From: Pristiophorus japonicus
Lineage: Eukaryota
NCBI RefSeq assembly: GCF_044704955.1
Contig: NW_027250770.1
Coordinates: 1 to 64,000 of the forward strand
DNA: 64,000 bases
Direction: 5' to 3'
Numbering within the stretch: the stretch's first letter is position 1; each line of letters starts with the position of its first letter. Below are positions 58,729 to 64,000 of the stretch, piece after piece. Under the pieces are notes generated by a model. The model saw only the letters and a program-made list of their open reading frames with translations. It had not been told where the DNA came from and did not search any database. The translations under genes were made by a program, and so were the position numbers.

Positions 58729-61700
58729 GAGATTGATACAGGGCTATGGGGAGAGAGCGGGGCAGTGGGATTAGTTTGGGGATTGATACAGGGCTATGGG
58801 GAGAGAGCGGGGCAGTGGGATTAGTTTGGGGATTGATACAGGGCTATGGGGAGAGAGCGGGGCAGTGGGATTAGTTTGGGGATTGATACAGGACTATGGG
58901 GAGAGAGCGGGGCAGTGGGATTAGTTTGGGGATTGATACAGGACTATGGGGAGAGAGCTGGGCAGTGGGATTAGTTTGGGGATTGATACAGGACTATGGG
59001 GAGAGAGCGGGGCAGTGGGATTAGTTTTGGGATTGATACAGGACTATGGAGAGAGAGCGGTGCAGTGGGATTAGTTTGGGGATTGATACAGGACTATGGG
59101 GAAATAGCGGGGCAGTGGGATTAGTTTGGGGATTATTACAGGGCTATGGGGAGAGAGCGAGGCAGTGGGATTAGTTTGGGGATTGATACAGGACTATGGG
59201 GAGAGAGCGGGGCAGTGGGATTAGTTTGGGGATTGATACAGGACTATGGGGAGAGAGCGGGGCAGTGGGATTAGTTTGGAGATTGATACAGAACTATGGG
59301 GAGAGAGCGGGGCAGTGGGATTAGTTTGGAGATTGATACAGGGCTATGGGGAGAGAGTGCGGCAGTGGGATTAGTTTGGGGATTGATACAGGGCTATGGG
59401 GAGAGAGCGGGGCAGTGGGATTAGTTTGGGGATTGTTACAGGACTATGGGGAGAGAGCGAGGCAGTGGGATTAGTTTGGGGATTGATACAGGACTATGGG
59501 GAGAGAGCGGGGCAGTGGGATTAGTTTGGGGATTGATACAGGACTATGGGGAGAGAGCGGGGCAGTGGGATGAGTTTGGGGATTGATACAGGGCTATGGG
59601 GAGAGAGCGGGGCAGTGGGATTAGTTTGGGGATTGATTCAGGGCTTTGGGGAGAGAGCTGGGCAGTGGGATTAGTTTGGGGATTGATACAGGACTATGGG
59701 GAGAGAGTGGGGCAGTGGGATTAGTTTGGGGATTGCTACAGGACTATGGGGAGAGAGCGGGGCAGTGGGATTAGTTTGAGGATTGATACAGGACTATGGG
59801 GAGAGAGCGGGGTAGTGGGCTTAGTTTGGGGATTGATACAGGACTATGGGGAGAGAGCGGGGCAGTGGGATTAGTTTGGGGATTGATACAGGATTATGGG
59901 GAGAGAGCGGGGCAGTGGGATTAGTTTGGAGATTGATACAGGACTATGGGGAGAGAGCGGGGCAGTGGGATTAGTTTGGAGATTGATACAGGACGATGGG
60001 GGGAGAGCGGGACAGTGGGATTAGTTTGGGGATTGATACAGGGGTATGGGGAGAGAGCGGGGCAGTGGGATTAGTTTGGAGATTGATACAGGACTATGGG
60101 GAGAGAGCGGGGCAGTGGGATTAGTTTGGAGATTGATACAGGACTATGGCGGGAGAGCGGGGCAGTGGGATTAGTTTGGGGATTGTTATAGGGCTATGGG
60201 GAGAGAGCGGGGCAGTGGGATTAGTTTGGGGATTGTTACAGGACTATGGGGAGAGAGCGGGGCAGTGGGATTGGTTTGGTGATTGATACAGGACAATGGG
60301 GAGAGAGTGGGGCAGTGGGATTAGTTTGGGTATTGTTACAGGACTATGGGGAGAGAGCGGGGCAGTGGGATTAGTTTGGGGATTGATACAGGACTATGGG
60401 GAGAAAGCGAGGCAGTGGGATTAGTTTGGGGATTGATACAGGACTATGGGGAGTGAGCGGGGCAGTGGGATTAGTTTGGGGATTGATACAGGACTATGGG
60501 GAGAGAGTGGGGCAGTGGGATTAGTTTGGGGATTGATACAGGACTATGGGGAGAGAGCGGGGCAGTGGGATTAGTTTGGGGATTGATATAGGACTATGGG
60601 GAGAGAGCGGGGCAGTGGGATTAGTTTTGGGATTGATACAGGACTATGGAGAGGGAGCGGGGCAGTGGGATTAGTTTGGAGATTGATACAGGGCTATGGG
60701 GAGAGAGTGCGGCAGTGGGATTAGTTTGGGGATTGATACAGGGCTATGGGGAGAGAGCGGGGCAGTGGGATGAGTTTGGGGATTGATACAGGGCTATGGG
60801 GAGAGAGCGGGGCAGTGAGATTAGTTTGGGGATTGATACAGGGCTTTGGGGAGAGAGCTGGGCAGTGGGATTAGTTTGGGGATTGATACAGGACTATGGG
60901 GAGAGAGTGGGGCAGTGGGATTAGTTTGGGGATTGCTACAGGACTATGGGGAGAGAGCGGGGCAGTGGGATTAGTTTGGGGATTGATACAGGACTATGGG
61001 GAGAGAGCGGGGCAGTGGGATTAGTTTGGAGATTGATACAGGACTATGGGGAGAGAGCGGGGCAGTGGGATTAGTTTGGGGATTGATACAGGATTATGGT
61101 GAGAGAGCGGGGCAGTGCGATTAGTTTGGAGATTGATACAGGACTATGGGGAGAGAGTGGGGCAGTGGGATTAGTTTGGGGATTGATACAGGACTATGGG
61201 GAGAGAGCGGGGCAGTAGGATTAGTTTGGGGATTGATACAGGACTATGGGGAGAGAGCGGGGCAGTAGGATTAGTTTGGGGATTGATACAGGACTATGGG
61301 GAGAGAGCGGGGCAGTGGGATTAGTTTGGGGATTGATACAGGACGATGGGGAGAGAGCGGGGCAGTGGGATTAGTTTGGAGATTGATACAGGACCATGGG
61401 GGGAGAGCGGGACAGTGGGATTAGTTTGGGGATTGATACAGGGGTATGGGGAGATAGCGGGGCAGTGGGATTAGTTTGGAGATTGATACAGGACTATGGC
61501 GGGAGAGCGGGGCAGTGTGATTAGTTTGGAGATTGATACAGGACTATGGGGAGAGAGCGGGGCAGTGGGATTAGTTTGGGGATTGTTATAGGGCTATGGG
61601 GAGAGAGCGGAGCAGTGGGATTAATTTGGGGATTGATACAGGACTATGGGGAGAGAGCGGGACAGTGGGATTAGTTTGGGGATTGATACAGGGCTATGGG

Positions 61701-61730
61701 GAGAGAGCGGGACAGTGGGATTAGTTTGGG
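58729..61730 (+). repeat. 50-bp G-rich satellite, ~60 copies
   Basis: Unit gattgatacaggactatggggagagagcggggcagtgggattagtttggg. Confidence 0.96.
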
Positions 61731-62037
61731 TGAAATTGAGCACCCATTTTACATGAGATGCGTGGTGACCATTTTACATCAGGACATGTGTCTGGGTGAT
61801 CTGTGAACAAACCTGGTTTACCTGCCTGGGTTCGGGGCTTTGTGTATTGGTCCCAGTCTCTGGGTCCTTCATGTGTTTGAAGAGTTTGAAGTTGGTCACA
61901 TCATTTCATTCTTTCAGGGCATTGATGGTAAACAGCTTCAATCCTGTGTATCTGTGAGGGGGCGACACAATCGTATTTACACCTTCTTCAAACCAACAAA
62001 ACTTGCTTCTCCATTTCCTGCCCTGCGAAGATATCCT

Positions 62038-63033
62038 CCCATCAAACACTCCCAGGGCAGGTACCGGGGGTTAGATACAGAGAAAAGCTCCCTCTACACT
62101 GTCCCATCAAACACTCCCAGGGCAGGTGCAGCACGGGGTTAGATACAGAGTAAAGCTCCCTCTACACTGCCCCATCAGACATTCCCAGGGCAGGTACAGC
62201 ACGGGGTTAGATACAGAGTAAAGCTCCCTCTACACTGCCCCATCAAACACTCCCAGGGCAGGTACAGCACGGGGTTAGATACAGAGTAAAGCTCACTCTA
62301 CACTGTCCCATCAAACACTCCCAGGGCAGGTACAGCACGGGGTTAGATACAGAGTAAAGCTCACTCTACACTGTCCCATCAAACACTCCCAGGGCAGATA
62401 CAGCATGGGTTAGATACAGAGTAAAGCTCCCTCTGCACTGTCCCATCAAATACTCCCAGGGCAGGTACAGGGCGTTTGATACAGAGTAAAGCTCCCACTA
62501 CACTGTCACATCAAACACTCCCAGGGCAGGTACAGGGGGTTAGATACAGAGTAAAGCTCCCTCTACACTGTCCCATCAAACACTCCCAGGGCAGGTACAG
62601 CACGGGGTTAGATACAGAGTAAAGCTCACTCTACACTGTCCCATCAAACACTCCCAGGGCAGGTACAGGGGGTTAGATACAGAGTAAAGCTCCCTCTACA
62701 CTATCCCATCAAACACTCCCAGGGCAGGTACAGGGGGTTAGATACAGAGTAAAGCTCCCTCTACACTGTCCCATCAAACACTCCCAGGGCAGGTACAGAG
62801 GGTTAGATACAGAGTAAAGCTCCCGCTACACTGTCCCATCAAACACTTCCAGGGCAGGTACAGGGAGTTAGATACAGAGTAAAGCTCACTCTACATTGTC
62901 CCATCAAACACTCCCAGGGCAGGTACAGGGGGTTAGATACAGAGTAAAGCTCCCTCTACACTGTCCCATCAAACACTCCCAGGGCAGGTACAGGGGGTTA
63001 GATACAGAGTAAAGCTCCCTCTACACTGTCCCA
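62038..63033 (-). repeat. 65-68-bp tandem repeat array
   Basis: ~15 copies. Confidence 0.95.
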
Positions 63034-64000
63034 TACAGAGAGGGAGAGACGGAATGAGATAGAGAGAGACTCAGAGAGAAGGTGAGAGAGCAACAGAAAG
63101 AGAGACAGAGAGAAAGACAGAGAGAGAGAAAGACAGAGAGAGAGAGAGGGAAAGACAGATAGAGAGACAGAGAGAGACACAGAGAGAGATTGATAGGAGA
63201 GAGGGAAAGACAGAGATAAAGACACGGAGAGATACAGAGAGAGAGACAGAGCGAGAGTGAGAGAGAGACAGAGTGCAAGGGAAAGATGGAGAGAGAAACA
63301 GAGATGGAAAGAGAGAGAGGGAGAGAGAGAGTGGGAAAGATAGAGAAAGACAGTGAGGTAGAGAGAGACGGCGACAGAGACAGAGCGAGACAGAGAGCGA
63401 TAGAGACAGAGACAGAGACAGAGAGAGAGATAAAGACAGATTGAGAAAGATAGAGAGAGACAGAGATATATAGAGAGATAGAGAGATACAGAGAGAGAGA
63501 GAGGGAGACCGACAGACACCGANNNNNNNNNNNNNNNNNNNNNNNNNNNNNNNNNNNNNNNNNNNNNNNNNNNNNNNNNNNNNNNNNNNNNNNNNNNNNN
63601 NNNNNNNNNNNNNNNNNNNNNNNNNNNNNNNNNNNNNNNNNNNNNNNNNNNNNNNNNNNNNNNNNNNNNNNNNNNNNNNNNNNNNNNNNNNNNNNNNNNN
63701 NNNNNNNNNNNNNNNNNNNNNNNNNNNNNNNNNNNNNNNNNNNNNNNNNNNNNNNNNAATACAGATACATGAAGAGGGAAAGAAATACAGACAGAGAGAG
63801 CGATAGAGAGAGATACAGAGAGATAGAGAGAGAGGGAGAAAGAGGGAGAACGCGAGCGAGAGAGTGACAGAGAGATAGAGAGGGAAAGATAGAGAGAGAG
63901 AGAAACAGAGATGGAGAGAGAGAGAGAGGGGGAGAAAGACAGAGAGAGACAGAATGAGAGACAGACAGAGAGACAGAAAGCGAGAGAGAGAGACAGAGAT
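63034..64000. repeat. (GA)-rich complex tract with N run
   Basis: Near-identical to 57523-58460. Confidence 0.88.

Noticed and set aside
52421-58824. Long Ser/Leu or Arg/Glu ORFs (also 62998-63770)
   Set aside because: Translations of GA/CT low-complexity DNA and N runs
20600-64000. A second Ig cluster or IgW constant exons downstream
   Set aside because: I found no further V, RSS-flanked D/J or C-domain exons; highly decayed remnants or sequence within N gaps cannot be excluded

Overview
Cartilaginous-fish (shark-type) genomic DNA. 1.4-20.6 kb holds one complete, apparently intact, unrearranged immunoglobulin heavy-chain cluster on the + strand: leader, V, a single D, J, CH1-CH4 with secretory tail, TM1 and TM2. 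All RSSs, splice phases and polyA signals are readable. J and all constant exons are IgM (mu)-type. The leader and V look IgW (omega)-type by recalled family signatures, and there is one long 12/12-RSS D instead of the usual D1+D2. This suggests a germline omega-V/mu-C chimeric cluster, possibly made by a D-to-D join. A strong CTCF motif follows TM2. The rest is repeat-rich: a decayed Ty3/gypsy element with both LTRs, many CR1 and RTE/BovB LINE fragments, a Tx1-type LINE inserted into a CR1, a Penelope-like remnant ending in a hammerhead-ribozyme motif, degenerate telomere-like repeats, several tandem arrays (some derived from LINE coding sequence) and GA/CT low-complexity blocks with N runs. 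A two-exon GPR139-like class A GPCR lies at 44.8-51.8 kb and has a candidate alternative first exon. Family assignments come from recalled motifs, not database searches, and repeat boundaries are approximate.
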